57,569 bases of DNA from a virus. Taxonomy: Duplodnaviria; Caudoviricetes. Of the stretch, positions 27,532 to 38,153 are shown piece by piece. The stretch covers positions 1 to 57,569 of the IMG/VR virus record IMGVR_UViG_3300029787_000051, one strand, 5' to 3'. The stretch's first letter is position 1, and each line of letters opens with the position of its first letter. The position numbers and the translations under genes were made by a program. The notes beneath the pieces are model-generated. The model saw only the letters and a program-made list of their open reading frames with translations, did not search any database and was not told where the DNA came from.

Positions 27532-28455
27532 CTACACTGTAAATGTTTGGACAGAACCAGTATATGTAAAGGTAGTATTTAATGATCCATCTGTCCATAC
27601 TTCTACCTTTCCATCAACACCAGCCGTTCCACCTGATTGATTATTTCCAGAACTACCCCCTGATCCTTGCCCACCTGTGCTTCCACCACCCTGTGTGTTA
27701 GTAGTTGAAGTTAGCGCAGGTAAGTCTCCTTGCCCACTAAATCCTACGTACCCTGATCCACCCCCGGCACCAGTGGAGTTAGCTCCTCCTGTCCCACCAT
27801 ACCAGCCAGAACCACCGCCGCCAGCTAGGTTTTGGTTTGAGTATCCACCCACACCAAACGCTCCATTGATACCGCCTTGTGAAGTCTGACCACCAGCAGA
27901 TTGTGTACCGCCCGGACCACCTGTTCTGTTACCGTACTGTCCACTAGTACCAACGTCTGCACCTACGTTACCACCACCATCTGCACCTATTGAGCAGTTT
28001 CCACCGCCACCACCGCCGCCGCCTACTATAATAACTGAACCAGTATCACCACTTAAGCTAGATAATATACCAGTTGCAGTTGCAACATGGGTTGCTCCAC
28101 CGCCAGAACCGCCCCAGTAACCTCCGTTACCCGCTCTTGCTCCACCATTATATCTTGCTGGATGGGTTGTTCCAGTTTGGCTAACGCCGCCTTGACCTAC
28201 TACAATGTAAAATGTTGTTCCAGCCGCTACAGTTTCAAGAGTTCCTTGTGCGTATCCTCCATCACCACCATGATGAGGATTACCATTATTACTGTAGTTA
28301 CTTCCGGGTCCACCTCCTGCACCCCATACCTTAAGGAGTATATCAACACCATCGCCAAATAAATGTCCAACAGTTAGATTATGGACTCCAGCTTTAGCGT
28401 TTAAGCCACTTTCATTTCCAACGTAACTACCATACCTTAGATAATTGAATGCCAT
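27532..28455 (-). CDS. Glycine-rich domain tail protein (Gly_rich / ALK-LTK-like)
   Basis: VWGAGGG...GGDGGYAQG...YIVVGQGG...GGGATHV...GGGSGWYGG...GGGSGY. Confidence 0.8.
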   Translation of the reverse strand: MAFNYLRYGSYVGNESGLNAKAGVHNLTVGHLFGDGVDILLKVWGAGGGPGSNYSNNGNPHHGGDGGYAQGTLETVAAGTTFYIVVGQGGVSQTGTTHPARYNGGARAGNGGYWGGSGGGATHVATATGILSSLSGDTGSVIIVGGGGGGGGNCSIGADGGGNVGADVGTSGQYGNRTGGPGGTQSAGGQTSQGGINGAFGVGGYSNQNLAGGGGSGWYGGTGGANSTGAGGGSGYVGFSGQGDLPALTSTTNTQGGGSTGGQGSGGSSGNNQSGGTAGVDGKVEVWTDGSLNTTFTYTGSVQTFTV

Positions 28456-28457
28456 TA

Positions 28458-28832
28458 TTATGCATCGTCTATTTCTTCATACGAACATACCCCTGCTAAA
28501 TCTCCAGCGGCACTAGCGTCTAAATGTATTGCTCTATCTTCTTCTAGATATATAGAAGTATCTTTTGATATTACAACTAAAGTAGAATCGGCAGGAACAC
28601 TTATAGTATTTGCAAGTTTTGCTAGTACGGAACCACTAGCAGTTTTTATAGTAACAGTTATATCAGCAGCGTTTGTCCCGTCAATATTAGATATTACTAA
28701 GCTGTTTATTTTTAACAACTTATTAGACGATGCAGCATTGGTTAATATCGCATCATCAGATGTCGATATATCTGCATCAAAAACTGTCTTTCCATATATT
28801 GAAGTTACGCTAACTACATTAGGTGCTGCCAT
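28458..28832 (-). CDS. Tail fibre-associated small beta protein
   Basis: MAAPNVV.VTSIYGKT...ISVPADSTL...IYLEE pattern; follows a fibre ending TGKAIAMAMVFG. Confidence 0.7.
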   Translation of the reverse strand: MAAPNVVSVTSIYGKTVFDADISTSDDAILTNAASSNKLLKINSLVISNIDGTNAADITVTIKTASGSVLAKLANTISVPADSTLVVISKDTSIYLEEDRAIHLDASAAGDLAGVCSYEEIDDA

Positions 28833-28843
28833 TTATTCCTTCC

Positions 28844-31800
28844 TTATCCGAATACCATAGCCATAGCTATAGCCTTTCCCGTTGTAATACCACCACCACC
28901 ACCGCCACCAGCAATAGTAATTGTTTTAGTACTTCCTGTTCCGCTTGCGGCAACTCCTGCCCCCACAAAGTTTAAGGTTGTAGCTGCTGTAGATAAAGTC
29001 ACCCCTTCATCTTGAATAGTAGTTGAGCCAGCAGCTACATCTGCAAATGTTATAGCACCACTACCGTCTGTTTGTAATACTTGGTTAGCTGTGCCATCTG
29101 CTGCTGGTAAAGTAAATGCGTTATTAATACGCATTGCCCCACTACTATCTATTTTTAATCTTTCAGTAGTATTATTATATATATGGATTTCGTTATCCAT
29201 AGCCGCTGTGCCAGCGTAGTCACCAATTATTATATTATTAGCACCTGTTGTTACTGCGTCACCAGCGGTCTTTCCTATAAAAATGTTGTTATCGCCAGTG
29301 GTTATAGCGGTTCCTGCTTGGTATCCTACATACACTCCGTACTCTTCTTGTGCGTCATTCGCCGCACCCACCCCTGCTTCAAACCCTATAGCAGTATTGT
29401 ATGCTCTATTTGTAGCATTAGCCCCATTCATTAAGGCTTTAGTGCCTATACCTACATTATAACTATTATTATCCTTAGTTGAAACCATCCCTGCTTTATA
29501 GCCAATGTAAACATTATCTCTATTGCCGCCACCATTACCCGCACTTGCACCTATATGCACACCATACTGCACAACGTCTGCTGTACCACCACCATATGTA
29601 GACCCACTACCAATAGTAACATGGCTATTTAAAAACTTAGAAACACTAACACAGCCATCACCTATAGCTACGGAGCCATAGGATGTTTCCATTAAGGCAT
29701 GAGCATCATGTCCTATAACAACATTGTGATCAGCAGATGTTATAGCGTTTGCTGCACCTACCCCAATGATTGTGTTATCATCAGCAGCATTTAATGTTCC
29801 TGTAGTTACATCACCAATCTTTAAACTACCAACAAAATCAGTGCCATTAAATTTAACATCACTTAAATCATTTAGTGCAGAGGCTCCACCACCGCCTGAT
29901 ACTGTTGCCCATGATACAGCACCTGATCCATTTGTTTGTAGTACCTGATTAGATGTACCATCAGCAGTTGGAAACCTAAAGGCTGAGTTAAATTGTACAC
30001 CACCAGAATTATCAACATGGATACGGCGAGTATTCGTACCAATAACTATTTCACCACCAGCAGTAGCTGAATCTGGGTCTAGTTGATGTCCAATAATAGT
30101 ATTATAATCTGCACTAGTAATGTTGTCACCAGTTTGATAACCAATACATATATTGCCATCTCCTGTAGATAGTAAGTCAAGAGATTCAGCCCCAAGTGCC
30201 GTATTATAGTCTCCAGTTGCTGTTGGGTAGGTAGCACCATATCCTGTTTGGTAGCCTACAAAGGTATTCTTAGTTCCTGTATATATATCTCGTCCAGCTT
30301 CATAGCCAATATAGGTACTACCATCTGCATGTTGCCTATAACCCGCTTTTGATCCTACTGCTACATTATAGTCTTCGCCATCAACACTATTTAAAGCCTG
30401 ATTACCTACAGCAGTATTATCGTCACCTAAGTTTAAGTTTGGCAAAGATTCTTTACCTACCGCAGTATTTCTAGAGCCACTAGTTAAATTTAAGAAGGCA
30501 CCTTTACCTAAAGCACTATTATCATCTCCAGATGTGATAGGTCTGCCACATAAGAACCCAACAAATGTATTACTTGAAGCTCCGTTTAAAGTTCCTGTGT
30601 GAGTATCTCCTATCATTAATGAGTTACTAAAATCGGTAATGTCAAATTCAACATCACTTAAGTCATTTAATGCAGAAGCACCCCCTCCACCTGAGACTGT
30701 GGCAAAAGATAAGGTTCCACCTCCATCTGTTTGTAATACTTGGTTAGCTGTACCATCAGAGGTGGGTACTTTAAATGTCGTTCCCCCAGAAGTTAATCTT
30801 AAATTTGTTCCATCAGATGAGATTGATTCATTTGCATCGGTAAGTTGTATTGTTGGAATACTATTAGTGCTTTCAGTTAATAACAAACCTGTATCATGTA
30901 CGTGCTTTAAAGTTACTTCAATGTTTGCTCCAAAATAAAGTAAAGCTGAATCGCTAGTCCATAGTGTGTTATCCCCAATATATACATCATCACCAAAATA
31001 AGCATCTTTGGCTACACCAATTCCCCCATCAATTACTACTGCTCCAGTTGAACTTGATGATGCATCAACATCACTAAAAAAACGTGCATTACCTTTATTA
31101 CTCATGTCAAGTGTTAAGGCAGTTATAGAAGAACTGTTATCATTTCCTTTAAAATGAATATCAGTATTATTGCCTTGAGCATCTATAGTAATGTCGCCAC
31201 TACTTGTGGCTAAAGTAACAGCAGCATCTCCAGTAGTGATATCATCAGCAGCAGTACTGCCACCAGCATTTACCCAAGTTGTTACACCTGATCCATTTGT
31301 TTGTAGTACTTGTCCATTTGTTCCATTTGATGGTGGAAGTTGGAAAGTTACATCACCAGTATAATCTGAATGTGGAGGAGACTTAATGGTTACTTTATGT
31401 GCGTTGTTCGATTCACAGTAAAAGTCTAGGTAAGCAACATTACCACTACTTGTTCGTATTTGAACCGCACCATCTTGTACGGTTACTCCACCAGTAGACC
31501 CGTTACCGCCTATATTAGCATTGCCAGTAACAGTAAGTGTAGAACCATTGAATGTTAAGTTAGCTTCACCATCAAGTTCGGTAGTAGTTGATCCAATAGT
31601 TACAAGTCTATCAGCAGTTTGATTATTTAATCCTGTAACAATAGCAGTAGATGTTGCAAAAGAAAGTGCGCCTGACCCGTTTGTTTGTAAGATTTGGTTT
31701 GCTGTACCATCACTAGTTGGGAATGTATAAGCATTATTAAACTGAACGGCACCACTAGAGTCTACTGATATTCTTTTATTGCCATCGGCATATAAATGAA

Positions 31801-33997
31801 TCTCTCCACTCATATTTGAGGTGCCGCCATATTCGCCAATTACTATATTATTATGTCCACTAGTAATTGCGTTACCAGCATTTTTACCTATTAAAACATT
31901 ATCGTAACCTATAGTTACTGTTTGACCTGCATAATAACCTATAAGAGTGTTGTAGTCGCCGCTATTAATACTTTCTCCAGCTTGACTACCTATATAAATA
32001 CCATACTCTTCTTGTGACCCTGTTGTACCTTTACCTGCCTGATAACCCAGAGCTACATTCTGTTCGCGTATGTTTGTGTCACTATTATACAACGTTTCAT
32101 AACCAATTGCAATATTATGACTATGATTTGCATCTTGCACTTGACTAAATGCTTTTTCTCCAATTGCTATATTGCCAGTAGTACCCCTAAAGTTTCTCCC
32201 TGCATTATCCCCAATCATAATATTCTTAGTCGTTTGGTCACTGAAGGTTGCATCCCGTCCTGCTTGATACCCAATTAAAATATTACTACTCGCGCCAGTA
32301 TTCCCTTGCAGAACCATGCCAGCTTCTGCGCCTACTGCAATAAGAGTACTACCAGAGTTAGTCATCGTTGCGGCAGCATTATTTCCTATAAATATACTAT
32401 CTATAGAAGAAGCAGTAGATGTACCTTTTCCCGCATTTGTTCCTATAGCTACGTTATTTGTAGTAGAGCTACTTGTTCTATTAGATAATGCGTACTCTCC
32501 AATAGCAATATTATTTGCGGCGTTCCCTACATTTAAGTTTTCTCCAGACTTTACTCCAATAAGGATGTTACCATTAATACCGGGATTACCATTACTACCT
32601 ATATATTTTGCAGCTTCATGTCCTAAGATAATATTACTACTTGAAGTAGATAAATTATTTGCAGCATCATGTCCTATAATAATATTTTCATCGCCAGATG
32701 TAATACCGTTAGCAGCACCTTGTCCTACAATAAAATTATTTGATGCGCTACTAAGACTACCAGTAGTAGTATCTCCTATTTTTAAACTATGGCTAAAGTC
32801 AGTAATATTATACTTTACTTCAGTAAGTTCATTTAATCCTACTGCTACTGCGCCCCACTCTAGAGTACCTCCAGCATTAAAGTTTAATGGTACACGTAAG
32901 TATTGATAACTTCCTAAATTCGTTGATGGACTTGTTTGAGGTATCTTCCAATTAGTTGTTGCAAATGATTTTGCAAATATATCAGCATGACCTGTCATGT
33001 TAATATATCCTGTTGTCGCTCCTGTAGAATCAGTTTCTGCAAACTCAAATCTATCAGACTGTTCGTTCCAAACCATTGCTACATTAGTTGAATCCCCACG
33101 CTCAAAGATAAAACCTGCATCCTCTGATGGACTACCTGTTTGTCCATGATTTAGCTCAATTAGATGATCTTCAACAGTCATGTGAGTTGTACTAATTGTA
33201 GTTGTATCACCTGATACATTTAAGTGTGGTACTGTTACTGTACCATCAGCAGCTATTCGTATAGCGTCTGGATCGCCTACACTACCTATGTATGCATCAT
33301 TAGGTATAAGCATTGCTACATTAGTAGCATCAGTACTCGTTAACTGTAAACGTTTTGCTGTTAGTAATTCTGTACCCGGATTATAGTATAGTTCTGCATG
33401 GTCTGCCTCAATACCAATTGAAGAACCACTAGAAGCTGCATCAGCAGCAAATAACACAGAATTATTTTCGTTTGTAGATGTATTGGCAGTTAGTACAATG
33501 TTAGTAGCAGTTGTTGCTGTTGTTGCAGAACCTGCACTTGTAGCAGTGCTTGCACTATTTGCCGATGTTGCATTACCTTGCAGCGCACCAATAAATGTAG
33601 TGGCAGTTACAGCATTGGTTGATGGGTTAAAAAGAAAACTACTATCTGTTTCAAGACCTATTGATGATTGGTTGCCAGTAGATGCATCAGCAGCAAATAC
33701 GATTGGGTTGTCTTCATTAGTGCTATTATTACCCACTGTAACAACATTAGTCGCTGTTGTTGCTGTTGTTGATGTAGATGAGCTAGTTGCACTAGTAGCA
33801 GTAGCAGCATTACCCTGTAATGCACCAGTAAAAGTAGTTGTAGTTAGAACTTGAGTATTAGGATTATAAGTTAATCCAGTATCTGTTCTAACTTTTTCAT
33901 GCCCATCTACAGAATCTGCAAACAACAAGTTATGCGTAGCATCTTGTGTGTTTGTTGGTTCTAACCAAACATCTGCATCAGCTTGTAAGTAACGCAT
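28844..33997 (-). CDS. Long tail fibre with autotransporter-like beta repeats
   Basis: Many N.(A/I)IG..AG repeats; repeated DGTANQVLQT.GSG linkers. Confidence 0.85.
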   Translation of the reverse strand: MRYLQADADVWLEPTNTQDATHNLLFADSVDGHEKVRTDTGLTYNPNTQVLTTTTFTGALQGNAATATSATSSSTSTTATTATNVVTVGNNSTNEDNPIVFAADASTGNQSSIGLETDSSFLFNPSTNAVTATTFIGALQGNATSANSASTATSAGSATTATTATNIVLTANTSTNENNSVLFAADAASSGSSIGIEADHAELYYNPGTELLTAKRLQLTSTDATNVAMLIPNDAYIGSVGDPDAIRIAADGTVTVPHLNVSGDTTTISTTHMTVEDHLIELNHGQTGSPSEDAGFIFERGDSTNVAMVWNEQSDRFEFAETDSTGATTGYINMTGHADIFAKSFATTNWKIPQTSPSTNLGSYQYLRVPLNFNAGGTLEWGAVAVGLNELTEVKYNITDFSHSLKIGDTTTGSLSSASNNFIVGQGAANGITSGDENIIIGHDAANNLSTSSSNIILGHEAAKYIGSNGNPGINGNILIGVKSGENLNVGNAANNIAIGEYALSNRTSSSTTNNVAIGTNAGKGTSTASSIDSIFIGNNAAATMTNSGSTLIAVGAEAGMVLQGNTGASSNILIGYQAGRDATFSDQTTKNIMIGDNAGRNFRGTTGNIAIGEKAFSQVQDANHSHNIAIGYETLYNSDTNIREQNVALGYQAGKGTTGSQEEYGIYIGSQAGESINSGDYNTLIGYYAGQTVTIGYDNVLIGKNAGNAITSGHNNIVIGEYGGTSNMSGEIHLYADGNKRISVDSSGAVQFNNAYTFPTSDGTANQILQTNGSGALSFATSTAIVTGLNNQTADRLVTIGSTTTELDGEANLTFNGSTLTVTGNANIGGNGSTGGVTVQDGAVQIRTSSGNVAYLDFYCESNNAHKVTIKSPPHSDYTGDVTFQLPPSNGTNGQVLQTNGSGVTTWVNAGGSTAADDITTGDAAVTLATSSGDITIDAQGNNTDIHFKGNDNSSSITALTLDMSNKGNARFFSDVDASSSSTGAVVIDGGIGVAKDAYFGDDVYIGDNTLWTSDSALLYFGANIEVTLKHVHDTGLLLTESTNSIPTIQLTDANESISSDGTNLRLTSGGTTFKVPTSDGTANQVLQTDGGGTLSFATVSGGGGASALNDLSDVEFDITDFSNSLMIGDTHTGTLNGASSNTFVGFLCGRPITSGDDNSALGKGAFLNLTSGSRNTAVGKESLPNLNLGDDNTAVGNQALNSVDGEDYNVAVGSKAGYRQHADGSTYIGYEAGRDIYTGTKNTFVGYQTGYGATYPTATGDYNTALGAESLDLLSTGDGNICIGYQTGDNITSADYNTIIGHQLDPDSATAGGEIVIGTNTRRIHVDNSGGVQFNSAFRFPTADGTSNQVLQTNGSGAVSWATVSGGGGASALNDLSDVKFNGTDFVGSLKIGDVTTGTLNAADDNTIIGVGAANAITSADHNVVIGHDAHALMETSYGSVAIGDGCVSVSKFLNSHVTIGSGSTYGGGTADVVQYGVHIGASAGNGGGNRDNVYIGYKAGMVSTKDNNSYNVGIGTKALMNGANATNRAYNTAIGFEAGVGAANDAQEEYGVYVGYQAGTAITTGDNNIFIGKTAGDAVTTGANNIIIGDYAGTAAMDNEIHIYNNTTERLKIDSSGAMRINNAFTLPAADGTANQVLQTDGSGAITFADVAAGSTTIQDEGVTLSTAATTLNFVGAGVAASGTGSTKTITIAGGGGGGGITTGKAIAMAMVFG

Positions 33998-34000
33998 TAA

Positions 34001-36355
34001 TTATACCTGTGTCTTTACAGAGATTTCCATTCCTCGTATAGTCATCGTGCCACTGCCATGCAGACACGCATACAGCCCAGCTTGATTAATAAAGCCAGCC
34101 GATTTACTTGTTTCCGCTGCATTAGGATATCCACCAAAATATCCATAATCATGCCCACTGCCCCATTCATAGAACATACGTCTATTTAAAGGCACAGTAT
34201 ACTTTAACGTAGTTTCTCTAATTGTACCTGCTGTAGCATAGTGTCCAAATGCTTCATCGTGAGATACAGCATCTGTCATAGCTAATGTCAAAGATTGATC
34301 AATTGCAACATCATATGTATCAAAGTGACCACCTCTTAAAAAGAATCGGTACTCAGTTGCGGCATCAGTTGAATCAGATGACCAATATATTTTACACTCA
34401 ACTTCATCTTGCCCATGATGCATTAAGTTTTGCATCCATTGAACACGCCCAGTAAATGATTTATTTGTTCCTACTGCATTACCCGGAGAAAATACAGGAA
34501 CAATGGTAGCACCTGTTACTGTTTGTTGTGAGTATAAAGAGTTAGAATTTGGTGTAGTACCTGCTGCAAAGTCTGTATCTCTTGGAACAACTAAACCTGT
34601 CTTCGTAGTTTCTCTTCCAAAGCTATCTCCCCAAAGAAGATTACTTTTTGAAAGTGTTATAGGACGGGCATTATATGCATTAGTAAAAGATATTGATGCT
34701 GGATGCCGTCCTTGTGTAGTCATTGTATTACCATGACTTTTGCCATATGGCATAAAATGTAGACCTGTATTTCTACCAGCCGTTGCTGTGCCATCGTTAT
34801 ATGCCCACCCACATAATGTTCTTGTGGTATCACCATTCTTTGTCCATCTTCCATACGTACCAGCAGTATATACTGGATAGCCAGTATCATAAGCTACTGC
34901 TTCTATACCAACGGCACTACCTGTCCAATACGCATATATAGCTTTAGGAGTTGTATTAGCACTTATAGTAACGGATGGTATGCTACTAAAATTTACTTCT
35001 CTAAATTGATCTTCAATATATATGTTAGCAAATCCAGCCCTATAGGGAACAAGATATAAAGATGTAAGTGATGTTCCTTTTATTGAGCTATCATAATGGT
35101 AAGGGCTATGGTTCTCATCATATTGTGATTGCCAGTACTGCGCTCCATCAGTATTAATTAAAGATAGTATACAGCCATTTACAGGATCGCCGGGACCACC
35201 AGAACCACTGCCAGTACCACTTACATTAGCCCAACTTAACACATTACTACCGTTAGTTTTTAAAAACTGTCCAGCTATCCCATCATCATCAGGCCAAATT
35301 TGGTCGTTAAATTTAAGATCACCAGTTCCATGTGGAAAAATAGAGATATCTCCATTATTGGTAGAAGAAAATTCACCATTTCCACCACTACCTAGATTAA
35401 AGTTTTTTGCAGATATTCGTCCGATATCAGGGCGAATAGTTACATCGTCACTTCCCCCAGTTGCAGTATATATGGTATTTGTTGTAGCACCTGTAGTTGT
35501 TGCATACAATAAACCCTTTTCTGCACCACTAGAAACATCATCAGTAATAGTGATACTAGCTGAACCAGCACTTAATGCTGCCCATGATGTTTGACCAGAA
35601 CCATTAGTTGTTAGAACTTGACCGTTAGTTCCATACCCAGTAGGTAAGGTTCCAGCCGCTGTTGTAATAGCTCCTGTACCTTTAGCAAAGGTAAATGTTG
35701 CTGCACCTGCTTGTGTCCCGCCATCGTTAAATTGAACTTGTGTATTTGTACCAGCAGCAGAAGGCGAAGATGCCGCAACAAAACTTAGAGTACCTTCCCC
35801 ATCAGTTTTAAGTAGTTGCCCTGCTGTACCATCAGATGAAGGATAGGCTAGGCCACTCATATTAACCGTACCGTTTATATCAATAGCTGTGGCGTTAATT
35901 TCTACTTCAGCATCTGCTGTTATATTTAATTTACCATCAACATCTGACTTAATAAAAATAGCGGCATCCCTAAAGTTAACCATTCCATCATTAGCAATAT
36001 ATACATCTGACCACCCCAATGAAGAAGTGCCTAGTGCAATGTCATTATCTGTAACAGGTTTGAAAACACCATCTGCTAATGTTAATTGCTGTGCAGCAGT
36101 ACTAGATACTTCAACATAAAACTCAATAGTATCATTACTATTATTTGTAACTACCTTATTACGCGCATTAGCGTCTGCGATTAAGGGTACGTATCCACCT
36201 TCTCCTGTAGAATTGTCATGTCTGTGTCCTAGTGCGCTCACACCGGGCGAGTCAAATATATCTTTCAGTTTATTAAATTCAGCATTAAGGGGCGCAGCTT
36301 TAACAACTGCCCCTGTAATAATGTCTGCACTAGACTGTCTTGTATATCCTGCCAT
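34001..36355 (-). CDS. Tail fibre, virion-anchoring subunit
   Basis: N-terminal MAGYTRQS...LNAEFN...GHRHD; fibre linkers. Confidence 0.8.
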   Translation of the reverse strand: MAGYTRQSSADIITGAVVKAAPLNAEFNKLKDIFDSPGVSALGHRHDNSTGEGGYVPLIADANARNKVVTNNSNDTIEFYVEVSSTAAQQLTLADGVFKPVTDNDIALGTSSLGWSDVYIANDGMVNFRDAAIFIKSDVDGKLNITADAEVEINATAIDINGTVNMSGLAYPSSDGTAGQLLKTDGEGTLSFVAASSPSAAGTNTQVQFNDGGTQAGAATFTFAKGTGAITTAAGTLPTGYGTNGQVLTTNGSGQTSWAALSAGSASITITDDVSSGAEKGLLYATTTGATTNTIYTATGGSDDVTIRPDIGRISAKNFNLGSGGNGEFSSTNNGDISIFPHGTGDLKFNDQIWPDDDGIAGQFLKTNGSNVLSWANVSGTGSGSGGPGDPVNGCILSLINTDGAQYWQSQYDENHSPYHYDSSIKGTSLTSLYLVPYRAGFANIYIEDQFREVNFSSIPSVTISANTTPKAIYAYWTGSAVGIEAVAYDTGYPVYTAGTYGRWTKNGDTTRTLCGWAYNDGTATAGRNTGLHFMPYGKSHGNTMTTQGRHPASISFTNAYNARPITLSKSNLLWGDSFGRETTKTGLVVPRDTDFAAGTTPNSNSLYSQQTVTGATIVPVFSPGNAVGTNKSFTGRVQWMQNLMHHGQDEVECKIYWSSDSTDAATEYRFFLRGGHFDTYDVAIDQSLTLAMTDAVSHDEAFGHYATAGTIRETTLKYTVPLNRRMFYEWGSGHDYGYFGGYPNAAETSKSAGFINQAGLYACLHGSGTMTIRGMEISVKTQV

Positions 36356-36360
36356 TTAAA

Positions 36361-38151
36361 TTACCTCGCCTCCATATTAAATAACATAGCAAATCCTTGT
36401 AAACTATGAGATGCATTAGCATCATTAGATGCATATCGAATTGAAACCGATTTTCCAGACCCAGACACAGATTGTTCTACAGCAGGATTTGATGTTTCAT
36501 AGATAGAGTTAGTTGAATCATATGTAAATGTTGTATCTAGACTCGCTATATCTGCAAACACCGTTCCCCCTGTAATGGTAGCAACTGAATAGTTTTCTGA
36601 GTTAAGTGTTTTAATATTGTCATAGTCGTATATCAATGACATATTCAAACTACATTGTCCTTCTGCTTTTATATAAGTAGTTACTTTGTAAATTACCTTA
36701 TCCAACTCTGGATCACCAAAGTCATAATAAGGTGTCTGATATACAGAGGGAATATTTTCAGTATCAAATACGTTACCTTGTTCTTGTTGAAATACTTTTC
36801 CTTCATGCGTACCATGAATTATAAATTCAGTATTTCCAATATACCCACTATCTGCACAGTGTCCCTGTAATCCTGATAGTCTTGAAAACTCGTAGCCTTG
36901 TTGCCGAATACATCCTATTAATCCTGTTGGGTCGGTTAGCTGTGTATCTGTAGAAAATACAATATCATCTACAGCATGAGATGCGGCCACCGTTGAGTTA
37001 ATAGCTCTTGTCACTCCTTCTAGTGTGTACCCATCTGTCGCTTTAGTCAAATAACTAAACTCTTCTCCATTAATAAGAATGTTGCCAGTGTCTGGAAAGT
37101 CTACTGTTTTGTCTAGTATAATAGTTCCCTCACCTGTCATTGCAGTACCAGAGGCAATTGCTGTTCTTAGTTTACTTTGTACTTGATCAGTAAAGAAATA
37201 TCTAAACTGTGATTTGCCTCTTAATAATACTGATCGTAATCCCTGCAAATTAGTATTGTCTATTAATGTTGAAGCAATAGATTGAATAGGTCTAGATATT
37301 GTTTCTAGCTCTACGTCACCAATTTTTTCAGTACCACTAACGGGCCTAATACCATCTGGCCCTAAAAAGATAATATCGCCGCCTATCTCAACAATACTAT
37401 CTTCTGCTAAACATCCTAAGTTATTTGTAACTTCTTCAATTTTAAACGTGTCTATCGAATATCCTGTTAACTTTGAAATAGCATTAGTGCCAAATATAAA
37501 TAAAGAATCACGAAAAGATTTTAAAGCAGTTACTTTGAATGGCAATGTCATAGCTGCTGCGCCATCGGCGGGATCATAATTTGTTTCAGCATCTGGAGCA
37601 GATATATAAATTGTATTAGGTGCAGTAGAATCTCCAGACAGTACCATATGATTAGTAAACCATGCTGCTAACTTTGGCTTTGTAGGAGCATTAGAGTCTG
37701 TAATTTGTGCATACGTTGTACCATTATAGGTAGCAGCTTTATTAATACCATCGGTTAAAATAAATTTAGTAGTTGTTAAAACGTTATAGGGAAGTATCCT
37801 TACTCTATCTACGCCCACCATTGTAGGGCTTCCAGCAGTTGTTATTGCAATCCAATTATTAGTTACAAAATCCCATTCATGTAAATAGTTATTTCCAGCA
37901 ATAGGTTTTCTACATCCAAATATTCCACTACCTACTCCATCTCTAACAATTAGACCTAATACTGGCCCTACTCCCGGTACAATACCAAAGTTATGGGAAA
38001 ACCCATTAATCTTACGATACCCACCCTCCAAAGATGCTTCATAGTTTAATAAACTAATAGCTCCTCCGGGTTTTGCATCTGCCATAGTGAGTATGCTAGA
38101 TGATACATCAAGCCCTCCCTCCATAGCAGTTCTAAATGTTTGCATTGCCAT
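36361..38151 (-). CDS. Tail nozzle / tubular protein B (P22 gp10-like)
   Basis: Beta-propeller-like composition; position after adaptor. Confidence 0.75.
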   Translation of the reverse strand: MAMQTFRTAMEGGLDVSSSILTMADAKPGGAISLLNYEASLEGGYRKINGFSHNFGIVPGVGPVLGLIVRDGVGSGIFGCRKPIAGNNYLHEWDFVTNNWIAITTAGSPTMVGVDRVRILPYNVLTTTKFILTDGINKAATYNGTTYAQITDSNAPTKPKLAAWFTNHMVLSGDSTAPNTIYISAPDAETNYDPADGAAAMTLPFKVTALKSFRDSLFIFGTNAISKLTGYSIDTFKIEEVTNNLGCLAEDSIVEIGGDIIFLGPDGIRPVSGTEKIGDVELETISRPIQSIASTLIDNTNLQGLRSVLLRGKSQFRYFFTDQVQSKLRTAIASGTAMTGEGTIILDKTVDFPDTGNILINGEEFSYLTKATDGYTLEGVTRAINSTVAASHAVDDIVFSTDTQLTDPTGLIGCIRQQGYEFSRLSGLQGHCADSGYIGNTEFIIHGTHEGKVFQQEQGNVFDTENIPSVYQTPYYDFGDPELDKVIYKVTTYIKAEGQCSLNMSLIYDYDNIKTLNSENYSVATITGGTVFADIASLDTTFTYDSTNSIYETSNPAVEQSVSGSGKSVSIRYASNDANASHSLQGFAMLFNMEAR

Positions 38152-38153
38152 TG

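Noticed and set aside
26186-36355. Diversity-generating retroelement acting on tail genes
   Set aside because: No reverse transcriptase, and no adenine-specific TR/VR repeat pair seen.
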